From Macrostomum hystrix (taxonomy: Eukaryota; Animalia; Platyhelminthes): 64,000 nt of DNA. The stretch is from contig CATNEN010000024.1 in assembly GCA_950097015.1 (NCBI GenBank), positions 4,960,001 to 5,024,000 on the forward strand, read 5' to 3'. The position numbers were made by a program, and so were the translations under genes. The notes beneath the pieces were generated by a model. The model had not been told where the DNA came from, did not search any database, and was given only the letters and a program-made list of their open reading frames with translations. This document shows, piece after piece, positions 48,901 to 59,960 of this stretch; the first letter of the stretch is position 1; each line of letters begins with the position of its first letter.

Positions 48901-51900
48901 GGCACCCATCGAGGCCATGCGGCCACTGCGCCGACGCAGACGGCCGCTGCGAGATTTGCAGCATCGCAGCCCGAAAACCTGAATCTGTCTTCCATATATG
49001 GATTGATATATCAATATGTTCGAAAATATCACTTTAAAAATATCACGAAGTTTCGACGAAGTGATCACTTAAATGAATTTATTTGTTGGTTGACAATCGG
49101 CGTTTTTAGTTGCAGACTAAGGCGAACATCTACGAGACTAAATATATTTCACCTCCGAACCAGTTTAACGGCTTGATCTCGGGATTAAGGCTTTCGGTCT
49201 TTCAGACTTACCTCCATTTAAAACCTTCATCCTTTCACAAGGATACTCATTTCTCGGAGACGCCACTTTGAGCAAAACAATATGATAATTCATTTCCCCT
49301 CCTTCAGATCTATCAGCGCTGAAAAATGGTGCGCGACAGAAAAGTATTGAAAGAAATGAAAGAAGCAGAACAGAGCAAACACCGAAAACGTCGTTCTGAG
49401 ATCTCAGAAGCGAAGCGCAAACCTGAGAAGCGCAAACCTGAGAAGCGCAAACCAGGCACTTCGGAGCTGACGGGAGCGGTGCCAACAGACGATGCCGCAC
49501 GGTCATCGGTCGTGTCTGAACCCCCTCCCCCGCCACCTCCTCCAACGAAGAAGCGCGTAATGCTAATTTCTGATCGAGCTCATCTTGCGAATGCGGGTGA
49601 CAGACCAGGGACTTCAGGCAATGGAACTGCCCGTGACGATGAGATCGGGGACGAAGAGAATTTAAACCCCTCGTTTGACGTGGCACCCTGCATGGTAGAC
49701 ATGGAACCGTACAAGGCGGAGAACCGAGCTCGCTATTTTCTTTTCCAGTATGAGAATTACCACGAACGTACGGAGGTCGTGGGTACCGACGGGGCCACTT
49801 CAACGCCACTCATCGTGGCTCGTAAGCGCGATTCCCCCGTCCCAGTTGAACTCGGCAGCGTCGTACTCATCGTCACCGCTAAAACAAACCGCAAATCGGC
49901 TCGGCGTTACCGGGGCACACTCGTGCGAGGACCTTTCGAAGACAAAGCTGCAGCTACGGGAGCAGCCAAATTAACAAACGTCCACTCGCAGCCCGTTGAG
50001 CTGCCACGCTCCTGCCAGTCCTGTAGGGGACTGCAGCTCGAGCTGCAAAGGGCCGCGTCGCTTTCAGAAACTCTGGGTAAGACTTTGGGGACTAACGGGG
50101 AGAAACAGGGAAGAAGGCTGCAGATCGAGATGCAGCTAGGTTATGCAGGTACAGGCTGTGCGAATTCAAAGTGCTTAACTTACGTTCTTCAGACAAAGTA
50201 CGTCATATGATTTCATTTAGGCACTCAACTCCGGAAGACACGCGCCGAGGCCGCTCACCTGAAGGAGGCTTGTCGAGATCTGGAGCAAAAAATCACGGTT
50301 TCGTCGAAAATGGAGGCCAAACTGCTGCGACAAGTTGAGGCTGCGGAGGCCAAATGCGTTGCACTGCAGCGAACGGCAGCTAACGCCAACTCGCATTTGG
50401 TCAGCGCCTCGCAGATTCTCGCAGCCGGCTGCAAAAACAATGCTTCAGTGTCCAGGTCACAGCAGGACGCGGACGAAGACGACAGCGCGAACACCGGCGA
50501 CGAATCGAATTTAGAATCCGAATTTATGGCCCACGGTACCCTGTCCGCTTCGCAGACGCGAGCTTTGGTGGCTGCCTGCCACAAGGCCAGCTCGCATACC
50601 GATGCAGGACATTCATCCAACACAGACGCCTGTCTCGTCAGCCTGTCGGATTCACAAAACTTTGTCAAGGTGTCATCCTCGTCGCGAATTCAGCTAGACC
50701 AGCGGCTCGAGGACTTCCGCGAAGCCTCGAAGCCATCCGTCGATATCGATGCACCGCAAAGTGATAATGGCCATTTCGCCAAATTGGCCGTACTAAGAGC
50801 CCTGTTCAGGGCCCTCTTTACGGAGCAGGAGTTGGCCCACTCAACCATCTCCGGGCGCAAGACGCCCGGCTATGTGTCTACGCCCGCGAATCCTGGTAAG
50901 CTGGCAGCCGCTAAAGAGTGGCTGCGCAGCAGCAATGTGGCTTTCAACGACCGCCAGCTGCGTCGGGCATTTACGCGCTGCGGTGAAACTGCCCGGCAGC
51001 GCCTGGGTCTACCGAAGCACGTGCGATCAAAGAATTGCGACAAGGCAGCCCCGCGTCCGAAGCAGTCGTCGACGCAGAAGCCTTCCAGATCCGCCAGAGC
51101 CAGTAACGTCGCCGGATCGGCTGCCGCCGGAGCTGCTGCAGCCGCCGGAGCCACTGCTGATGTCGCCGGATCGGCTGCTGCCGGAGCTGCTGCAGCCGCC
51201 GGAGCCACTGCTGCAGCCGCTGGAGCCACTGCTGATGTCGCCGGATCGGCTGCTGCCGGAGCTGCTGCAGCCGCCGGAGCCACTGCTGCAGCCGCTGGAG
51301 CCACTGCTGATGTCGCCGGATCGGCTGCCGCCGAAGCTGCTGCAGTCGCCGGAGGCAGTCAAGTGCTAGGCAGTCTTCTTGGGGATGTGCAGGACGACTT
51401 CATGGCGAACTTGCTGCAGAAGGACGCAGCCTAGTCTGTTCGTCCCGAAGGACACGAAGGCGACAAACTGCTTCAATTTCGCCAAATTCACTTTAATTAT
51501 AAACAGTATAGGCAGCAAATTTATTTTTACTAGCTCTTTAGGCCCTGAGATATAGTGTTCGTGCACAGCTGGTGCACTGTGTAAAGTCCCTGACTGGACT
51601 CTCCCTGACTGTGTTCGTGCAGAGTTTCGATCGTGTTCCATTGTGTTCGTGCAGAGTTTCGATCGTGCAGAATAAATGTTTTGTGCGCAGAGAGTGCTAC
51701 TTTGCACTTTGCACTTTGCACTTAGCTAATGACGAAACAGGGATGTTCTCATCGATTATATCTTCAATGTTTTTATGCATCGTGAGTAGGCTGAAAGCAC
51801 CAGAAAATTTAGAATACGAGGCAACTATTCTCCATACAACGGATACATTTCATATGCATATAAATATGCGTCGTATGAACCTGCTTAGAATAGTATGAAA

Positions 51901-52825
51901 TTTCTGGCACCTTTCGTCCGGTAACGTACCCGGAAACTGGTCCGGTTTCACTGTCAGGTATATTCGTCCGGATTTTATCCGGAAACTAGTCCGGAAACTG
52001 ATCCGGTTTTACTGTCAGGTATATTCGTCCGGATTTTATCCGGAAACTAGTCCGGAAACTGATCCGGTTTTACTGTCAGGTATGGTCGTCCGGTTTTCGT
52101 CCGGAATTTGCTCAGATTATCGTCCGGCCAAAGCCGGACTGCACTCTGGATGAATTTCCGGACCAACACCGGACAGTCAACCGGACGAAAGGCCAAAATT
52201 TTCACGCGTTGGTCCGTTTTGTTAACTATACTCCGGTTTTCGTCCGGTTTTTTAAATGGGAAAAATGCATTACGTACCGGATGAAGCACCGGAACAACCA
52301 CCGGGCTATTTTCTTGTTTTCCGGACTAAAAAGGCCAGGCGGGTAGACCTCGCCGTTTCTCTCTCCCTTTCTTAGACCTCGCCGTTCCTCTCTCCCTTTC
52401 TTAGACCTCGCCGTTCCTCTCTCCCTTTCTTAGACCTCGCCGTTCCTCTCTCCCTTTCTTAGACCTCGCCGTTTCTCTCTCTCTCTCTCTCTGTCTCTCA
52501 GACCTCGCCGCTTCTCTCTCACAGTAAGAAGAACAGTCAAGCCAGCCCACCTGAACAGCTCCTGCCTGACGTGCTCCACGCCCACTCCGTGATTGGCCAC
52601 AATTCGCAGATTAGGCAGCCTGTCCAGTACAGCCGGTGAGTCGATGAAGTTGGCCACCACGGCTATGACGGCGGCCACGATCTCCGGCCACTGCCGATCC
52701 GGATCCGAGTCGAACTCTTCCGTGGTCACAATGCGATAATGCTTCTCCGCCTCAGTAAAAAACTCCGGCAATAGGAAGCCCCACTTCTTGGGTACCAGCA
52801 GGCCCGACAGCTCCTGTGACGTCAT
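39910..52825 (-). CDS. D-isomer 2-hydroxyacid dehydrogenase (glyoxylate/2-ketogluconate reductase-like), two exons split by an 11.9-kb intron
   Basis: complement(join(39910..40636,52551..52825)), 333 aa from ATG 52825. The phase-2 junction restores GVGVEHVRQELFR|SRGILVTHTP; motifs GIVGLGAIG, INVARG, GLDV, EPL and TPHFG are present. Confidence 0.9.
40720..41023. repeat. CT-rich repeat with (AGACCTCGCCGT) core; recurs at about 43767..43851 and 52344..52520
   Basis: The same motif appears in three pieces separated by the two large insertions. Confidence 0.85.
41024..43766 (+). mobile_element. Degraded Penelope-like retroelement (RT + GIY-YIG endonuclease)
   Basis: Fragmented frames: IVIKPADKGSQLVI, FYVLPKIHK...PGRPIIS, TAMGKSFAPSYSNIYM, WLRYIDDIF, VNFLG, TKVYFKPT, and GIY-YIG-like CRRCDHTVYVGETANSIRARILAH. 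Frameshifts and an internal RT deletion; boundaries approximate. Confidence 0.9.
43661..43705 (+). ncRNA. Candidate minimal type I hammerhead ribozyme at the 3' end of the Penelope-like element
   Basis: CTGACGA (43668..43674), stem II GATTAT/ATAATC, GAAA (43691..43694), palindromic AATT stem III, UUC cleavage triplet; stem I is short with a mismatch. Confidence 0.55.
44747..47609 (+). CDS. CACTA/EnSpm-type DDE transposase (two exons)
   Basis: join(44747..45209,45310..47609), 100-nt intron G|gtaagt...ttgaag|GC, about 920 aa. CMC-type motifs: CGDG (D1), VYPVYLSINE, FDAPARA (D2), GCDKC (C(2)C), FLH, HQVCCH, LFESMH (E). N-terminal acidic 19-aa repeats and two CxxC pairs. Confidence 0.9.
48146..48982 (+). 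CDS. Transposon-encoded miniature CtIP/Sae2/Ctp1-like protein
   Basis: ORF 48224..48982 is open upstream to an acceptor at 48146 (ctattttcag|TCC), adding CPVCTALSEDNKMLRAELHRLRE (CxxC + coiled coil). 48707..48895 encodes VCRRQADRMELEAHCCPECEGWYAGM...GRHR...NHDAQFWAIDMPPTP, which aligns without gaps to the recalled CtIP C-terminal domain (CxxC, RHR, FW). True start codon unresolved. Confidence 0.8.
   Translation, partial: STPATKDHWTHAASCPVCTALSEDNKMLRAELHRLREGSQSRPTSPVFHSSLALRYHRALCASDELPSTQVMSGAWPNLQHQAESVTPRRPLAASTGQWSGPLHLDDGSDNVPSDAAIGAPADAAGAAAVTGAPADVAGSAAAGAAAGDLVFVGRPGGLFFGKSAAEMKADYNRLPEKKAAGPASVYVCRRQADRMELEAHCCPECEGWYAGMSPDSRRKRLQLAGRHRSNQPKLNHDAQFWAIDMPPTPPEAPIEAMRPLRRRRRPLRDLQHRSPKT
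49326..51434 (+). CDS. Transposon accessory protein: basic N-terminus, CxxC + coiled coil, C-terminal BEN-like domain (two exons)
   Basis: join(49326..50076,50221..51434), G|gtaaga...ttcatttag|GC, 654 aa. LRALFRALFTEQELAHSTISG...NPGKLAAAKEWL...RRAFTRCGETARQR fits the BEN pattern. Confidence 0.7.
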
Positions 52826-52964
52826 CTGCTGTGAGAGAGGGCGCGGCTGCGATATTTTAGCGACTGTGAGCCAGTCTGCCACGAATCCAGATCGATATAA
52901 ATTCACAAGCTCGATAAAACTGTATGGCCACTTCATGTTCACGCAACTCCACTACCACTCTCAT

Positions 52965-53425
52965 CCTTCCCTGACCAGCTCACTCACATCCTTCCCTGAC
53001 CAGCTCACTCATATCCTTCCCTGACCAGCTCACTCACATCCTTCCCTGACCAGCTCACTCACATCCTTCACTGACCAGCTCACTCTCATCCTTCCCTGAC
53101 CAGCTCATTCACATCCTTCACTGACCAGCTCACTCACATCCTTCCCTGACCAGCTCACTCCCATCCTTCACTGACCAGCTCACTCCGATCCTTCCCTGAC
53201 CAGCTCACTCACATCCTTCACTGACCAGCTCACTCACATCCTTCCCTGACCAGCTCACTCTCATCCTTCCCTGACCAGCTCACTCCGATCCTTCCCTGAC
53301 CAGCTCACTCACATCCTTCACTGACCAGCTCACTCTCATCCTTCCCTGACCAGCTCATTCACATCCTTCACTGACCAGCTCACTCCCATCCTTCACTGAC
53401 CAGCTCATTCACGTCCTTCCCTCTC
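52965..53425. repeat. 25-nt minisatellite (CCTTCCCTGACCAGCTCACTCACAT)n
   Basis: About 18 copies just upstream of dehydrogenase exon 1. Confidence 0.94.
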
Positions 53426-54459
53426 CAGATCACTCCTGTTGCAATATTTGCAAGCTAGTTTCGCTTTCATCCTTCATTATCCACTCCGCTCTTGTAGTCA
53501 ATACGAAATAAAGCAATGAGCTTTGAACAGTGCCACAATGGCTATAGTTTTTGTGGCGCACAATGCGCACTATTTTTGTCGTATATAATTTTCAATATAA
53601 GGTAGGCAGATATATAAAAAAGGACAGATTCGCACAGGTCAACAAAGACAACTAACAGGCAACGCGTAATAAACAAACGCGCCAACCAAACAAATGATAT
53701 GCAAGAGGAAACGCGGAACAAAAAACACTGGCAATCTAAAGGGCACATCTCTAATAAAAATCGAACGAAAAAAATAAGATAAAAAACTGACGTATGATTA
53801 TCGATTGACACAGCTTCCAATACCGCACTAATTAATATCATTGAAAACGAACAAGCGTTTCTTATCTATGATCAAAGCTGGCTTGACCAACAACTCCGCA
53901 GCAAGCAGTTAAGATATTGGCAGCTTTTCGTAGTGTAGAACAGTCATTAAATAAGCACAAACGCTACCATTAAGCCAAATAATCAGGACAATATGGAAAA
54001 AACAAAGACTGCAAGAATAGAAAGCTAAAAAAATAACAAACTCGATATAAACCAGTGGATCTTATAATGTAAAATCTGAAATATTTTACAATTGAATGCG
54101 AAAACTAGCTATTTTAATATTTTTTGTATTTCTACAGAGACATATAGATTGTACTTTTAATGGCTAATCAAGATTTCAGATTGCTAAGAACGAGACTAAA
54201 CAAATTATAATAGTTTTTATAAAAATACAAAATTTAAAAGAATGTTGGACTTTTTAATAGTATGAGCGGCAAGCAAATGCAAACAGATAAACTTGTAGCA
54301 AATAGCACCAAAAGCGCTTCGTGTTTTTTTTTAATAAAAAAGCTTTGATTCTTGTCATGAAATAAAACTGGTTTTACTGTGTAGTTTGCTTCAATATGTG
54401 CGTGTAATTTATAGAGATTAGTCAATTGGTGTACAGGGGGTACAGTACAGTAATTCTGT

Positions 54460-57400
54460 AGGGGGTTGGTCTAAGTGCATACATTTGGGAAGGGGTTGGT
54501 CTAAGTGCATACATTTGGGAAGGGGTTGGTCTAAGTGCATACATTTGGGAAGGGGTTGGTCTAAGTGCATACATTTGGGAAGGGGTTGGTCTAAGTGCAT
54601 ACATTTGGGAAGGGGTTGGTCTAAGTACGCACATTCTGGAAGGGGTTGGTCTAAGTGCATACATTCTGGAAGTGGTTGGTCTAAGTGCGCACATTCTGGA
54701 AGTGGTTGGTCTAAGTGCGCACATTCTGGAAGGGGTTGGTCTAAGTGCGCACATTCTGGAGGTGGTTGGTCTAAGTGCGCACATTCTGGAAGCGGTTGAT
54801 CTAAGTGCGCACATTCTGGAAGTGGTTGATATAAGTGCGCACATTCTGTAGGTGGTTGGTCTAAGTGCGCACATTCTGTAGGTGGTTGGTCTAAGTGCAT
54901 ACATTTGGGAAGGGGTTGGTCTAAGTGCGCACATTCTGTAGGTGGTTGGTCTAAGTGCGCACATTCTGTAGGTGGTTGGTCTAAGTGCGCACATTCTGTA
55001 GGTGGTTGGTCTAAGTGCGCACATTCTGGAAGTGGTTGGTCTAAGTGCGCACATTCTGGAAGTGGTTGGTCTAAGTGCGCACATTCTGGAAGTGGTTGGT
55101 CTAAGTGCGCATTCTGGAAGGGGTTGGTCTAAGTGCGCACATTCTGTAGGTGGTTGGTCTAAGTGCGCACATTCTGGAAGTGGTTGATATAAGTGCGCAC
55201 ATTCTTTAGGTGGTTGGTCTAAGTGCGCACATTCTGTAGGTGGTTGGTCTAAGTGCATACATTTGGGAAGGGGTTGGTCTAAGTGCGCACATTCTGTAGG
55301 TGGTTGGTCTAAGTGCGCACATTCTGTAGGTGGTTGGTCTAAGTGCGCACATTCTGTAGGTGGTTGGTCTAAGTGCGCACATTCTGGAAGTGGTTGGTCT
55401 AAGTGCGCACATTCTGGAAGTGGTTGGTCTAAGTGCGCACATTCTGGAAGTGGTTGGTCTAAGTGCGCATTCTGGAAGGGGTTGGTCTAAGTGCGCACAT
55501 TCTGTAGGTGGTTGGTCTAAGTGCGCACATTCTGGAAGTGGTTGGTCTAAGTGCGCACATTCTGGAAGTGGTTGATCTAAGTGCGCACATTCTGGAAGTG
55601 GTTGATCTAAGTGCGCACATTCTGGAAGTGGTTGATCTAAGTGCGCACATTCTGGAAGTGGTTGGTCTAAGTGCGCACATTCTGGAAGGGGTTGGTCTAA
55701 GTGCGCACATTCTGGAGGTGGTTGGTCTAAGTGCGCACATTCTGGAAGCGGTTGATCTAAGTGCGCACATTCTGGAAGTGGTTGATATAAGTGCGCACAT
55801 TCTGTAGGTGGTTGGTCTAAGTGCGCACATTCTGTAGGTGGTTGGTCTAAGTGCATACATTTGGGAAGGGGTTGGTCTAAGTGCGCACATTCTGTAGGTG
55901 GTTGGTCTAAGTGCGCACATTCTGTAGGTGGTTGGTCTAAGTGCGCACATTCTGTAGGTGGTTGGTCTAAGTGCGCACATTCTGTAGGTGGTTGGTCTAA
56001 GTGCGCATTCTGGAAGGGGTTGGTCTAAGTGCGCACATTCTGGAGGGGGTTGGTCTAAGTGCGCGCATTCTGTAGGTGGTTGGTCTAAGTGCGCACATTC
56101 TGGAAGTGGTTGGTCTAAGTGCGCACATTCTGGAAGTGGTTGATCTAAGTGCGCACATTCTGGAAGTGGTTGATCTAAGTGCGCACATTCTGGAAGTGGT
56201 TGATCTAAGTGCGCACATTCTGGAAGGGGTTGGTCTAAGTGCGCACATTCTGGAGGTGGTTGGTCTAAGTGCGCACATTCTGGAAGCGGTTGATCTAAGT
56301 GCGCACATTCTGGAAGTGGTTGATATAAGTGCGCACATTCTGTAGGTGGTTGGTCTAAGTGCGCACATTCTGTAGGTGGTTGGTCTAAGTGCATACATTT
56401 GGGAAGGGGTTGGTCTAAGTGCGCACATTCTGTAGGTGGTTGGTCTAAGTGCGCACATTCTGTAGGTGGTTGGTCTAAGTGCGCACATTCTGTAGGTGGT
56501 TGGTCTAAGTGCGCACATTCTGGAAGTGGTTGGTCTAAGTGCGCACATTCTGGAAGTGGTTGGTCTAAGTGCGCACATTCTGGAAGTGGTTGGTCTAAGT
56601 GCGCATTCTGGAAGGGGTTGGTCTAAGTGCGCACATTCTGTAGGTGGTTGGTCTAAGTGCGCACATTCTGGAAGTGGTTGATATAAGTGCGCACATTCTT
56701 TAGGTGGTTGGTCTAAGTGCGCACATTCTGTAGGTGGTTGGCCTAAGTGCATACATTTGGGAAGGGGTTGGTCTAAGTGCGCACATTCTGTAGGTGGTTG
56801 GTCTAAGTGCGCACATTCTGTAGGTGGTTGGTCTAAGTGCGCACATTCTGTAGGTGGTTGGTCTAAGTGCGCACATTCTGGAAGTGGTTGGTCTAAGTGC
56901 GCACATTCTGGAAGTGGTTGGTCTAAGTGCGCACATTCTGGAAGTGGTTGGTCTAAGTGCGCATTCTGGAAGGGGTTGGTCTAAGTGCGCACATTCTGTA
57001 GGTGGTTGGTCTAAGTGCGCACATTCTGGAAGTGGTTGGTCTAAGTGCGCACATTCTGGAAGTGGTTGATCTAAGTGCGCACATTCTGGAAGTGGTTGAT
57101 CTAAGTGCGCACATTCTGGAAGTGGTTGATCTAAGTGCGCACATTCTGGAAGGGGTTGGTCTAAGTGCGCACATTCTGGAGGTGGTTGGTCTAAGTGCGC
57201 ACATTCTGGAAGCGGTTGATCTAAGTGCGCACATTCTGGAAGTGGTTGATATAAGTGCGCACATTCTTTAGGTGGTTGGTCTAAGTGCGCACATTCTGTA
57301 GGTGGTTGGTCTAAGTGCATACATTTGGGAAGGGGTTGGTCTAAGTGCGCACATTCTGTAGGTGGTTGGTCTAAGTGCGCACATTCTGTAGGTGGTTGGT

Positions 57401-59960
57401 CTAAGTGCGCATTCTGGAAGGGGTTGGTCTAAGTGCGCACATTCTGGAGGGGGTTGGTCTAAGTGCGCACATTCTGTAGGTGGTTGGTCTAAGTGCATAC
57501 ATTTGGGAAGGGGTTGGTCTAAGTGCGCACATTCTGTAGGTGGTTGGTCTAAGTGCGCACATTCTGTAGGTGGTTGGTCTAAGTGCGCACATTCTGTAGG
57601 TGGTTGGTCTAAGTGCATACATTTGGGAAGGGGTTGGTCTAAGTGCGCACATTCTGTAGGTGGTTGGTCTAAGTGCGCACATTCTGTAGGTGGTTGGTCT
57701 AAGTGCGCACATTCTGTAGGTGGTTGGTCTAAGTGCGCACATTCTGGAAGTGGTTGGTCTAAGTGCGCATTCTGGAAGGGGTTGGTCTAAGTGCGCACAT
57801 TCTGTAGGTGGTTGGTCTAAGTGCGCATTCTGGAAGGGGTTGGTCTAAGTGCGCACATTCTGTAGGTGGTTGGTCTAAGTGCGCACATTCTGGAAGTGGT
57901 TGGTCTAAGTGCGCACATTCTGGAAGTGGTTGATCTAAGTGCGCACATTCTGGAAGTGGTTGATCTAAGTGCGCACATTCTGGAAGTGGTTGGTCTAAGT
58001 GCGCACATTCTGGAAGGGGTTGGTCTAAGTGCGCACATTCTGGAGGTGGTTGGTCTAAGTGCGCACATTCTGGAAGCGGTTGATCTAAGTGCGCACATTC
58101 TGGAAGTGGTTGATATAAGTGCGCACATTCTGTAGGTGGTTGGTCTAAGTGCGCACATTCTGTAGGTGGTTGGTCTAAGTGCATACATTTGGGAAGGGGT
58201 TGGTCTAAGTGCGCACATTCTGTAGGTGGTTGGTCTAAGTGCGCACATTCTGTAGGTGGTTGGTCTAAGTGCGCACATTCTGTAGGTGGTTGGTCTAAGT
58301 GCATACATTTGGGAAGGGGTTGGTCTAAGTGCGCACATTCTGTAGGTGGTTGGTCTAAGTGCGCACATTCTGTAGGTGGTTGGTCTAAGTGCATACATTT
58401 GGGAAGGGGTTGGTCTAAGTGCGCACATTCTGTAGGTGGTTGGTCTAAGTGCGCACATTCTGGAAGGGGTTGGTCTAAGTGCGCACATTCTGTAGGTGGT
58501 TGGTCTAAGTGCGCACATTCTGGAAGTGGTTGGTCTAAGTGCGCATTCTGGAAGGGGTTGGTCTAAGTGCGCACATTCTGTAGGTGGTTGGTCTAAGTGC
58601 GCATTCTGGAAGGGGTTGGTCTAAGTGCGCACATTCTGTAGGTGGTTGGTCTAAGTGCGCACATTCTGGAAGTGGTTGGTCTAAGTGCGCACATTCTGGA
58701 AGTGGTTGATCTAAGTGCGCACATTCTGGAAGTGGTTGATCTAAGTGCGCACATTCTGGAAGTGGTTGGTCTAAGTGCGCACATTCTGGAAGGGGTTGGT
58801 CTAAGTGCGCACATTCTGGAGGTGGTTGGTCTAAGTGCGCACATTCTGGAAGCGGTTGATCTAAGTGCGCACATTCTGGAAGTGGTTGATATAAGTGCGC
58901 ACATTCTGTAGGTGGTTGGTCTAAGTGCGCACATTCTGTAGGTGGTTGGTCTAAGTGCATACATTTGGGAAGGGGTTGGTCTAAGTGCGCACATTCTGTA
59001 GGTGGTTGGTCTAAGTGCGCACATTCTGTAGGTGGTTGGTCTAAGTGCGCACATTCTGTAGGTGGTTGGTCTAAGTGCGCACATTCTGTAGGTGGTTGGT
59101 CTAAGTGCGCATTCTGGAAGGGGTTGGTCTAAGTGCGCACATTCTGGAGGGGGTTGGTCTAAGTGCGCGCATTCTGTAGGTGGTTGGTCTAAGTGCGCAC
59201 ATTCTGGAAGTGGTTGGTCTAAGTGCGCACATTCTGGAAGTGGTTGATCTAAGTGCGCACATTCTGGAAGTGGTTGATCTAAGTGCGCACATTCTGGAAG
59301 TGGTTGATCTAAGTGCGCACATTCTGGAAGGGGTTGGTCTAAGTGCGCACATTCTGGAGGTGGTTGGTCTAAGTGCGCACATTCTGGAAGCGGTTGATCT
59401 AAGTGCGCACATTCTGGAAGTGGTTGATATAAGTGCGCACATTCTTTAGGTGGTTGGTCTAAGTGCGCACATTCTGTAGGTGGTTGGTCTAAGTGCATAC
59501 ATTTGGGAAGGGGTTGGTCTAAGTGCGCACATTCTGTAGGTGGTTGGTCTAAGTGCGCACATTCTGTAGGTGGTTGGTCTAAGTGCGCATTCTGGAAGGG
59601 GTTGGTCTAAGTGCGCACATTCTGGAGGGGGTTGGTCTAAGTGCGCACATTCTGGATGTGGTTGGTCTAAGTGCATACATTTGGGAAGGGGTTGGTCTAA
59701 GTGCGCACATTCTGTAGGTGGTTGGTCTAAGTGCGCACATTCTGTAGGTGGTTGGTCTAAGTGCATACATTTGGGAAGGGGTTGGTCTAAGTGCGCACAT
59801 TCTGTAGGTGGTTGGTCTAAGTGCGCACATTCTGTAGGTGGTTGGTCTAAGTGCGCACATTCTGGAGGTGGTTGGTCTAAGTGCGCACATTCTGGAAGTG
59901 GTTGGTCTAAGTGCGCATTCTGGAAGGGGTTGGTCTAAGTGCGCACATTCTCTAGGGAGG
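54460..59960. repeat. 5.5-kb satellite, 30-nt unit (GGTTGGTCTAAGTGCGCACATTCTGTAGGT) with 28-nt variants
   Basis: About 180 copies; variant blocks recur in the same order. Confidence 0.98.

Larger units (their letters stand above)
43852..52343 (+). mobile_element. Apparently intact 8,492-bp CACTA/EnSpm (CMC superfamily) DNA transposon
   Basis: 23-24-nt TIRs CCCGCCTGGC(C)TTTTT(G/A)GTCCGGA at both ends, TA duplicated at 43850-51 and 52344-45, dense TCCGGA/CCGG subterminal repeats (about 43860..44210 and 51915..52325), and three uninterrupted + strand genes. Confidence 0.92.
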
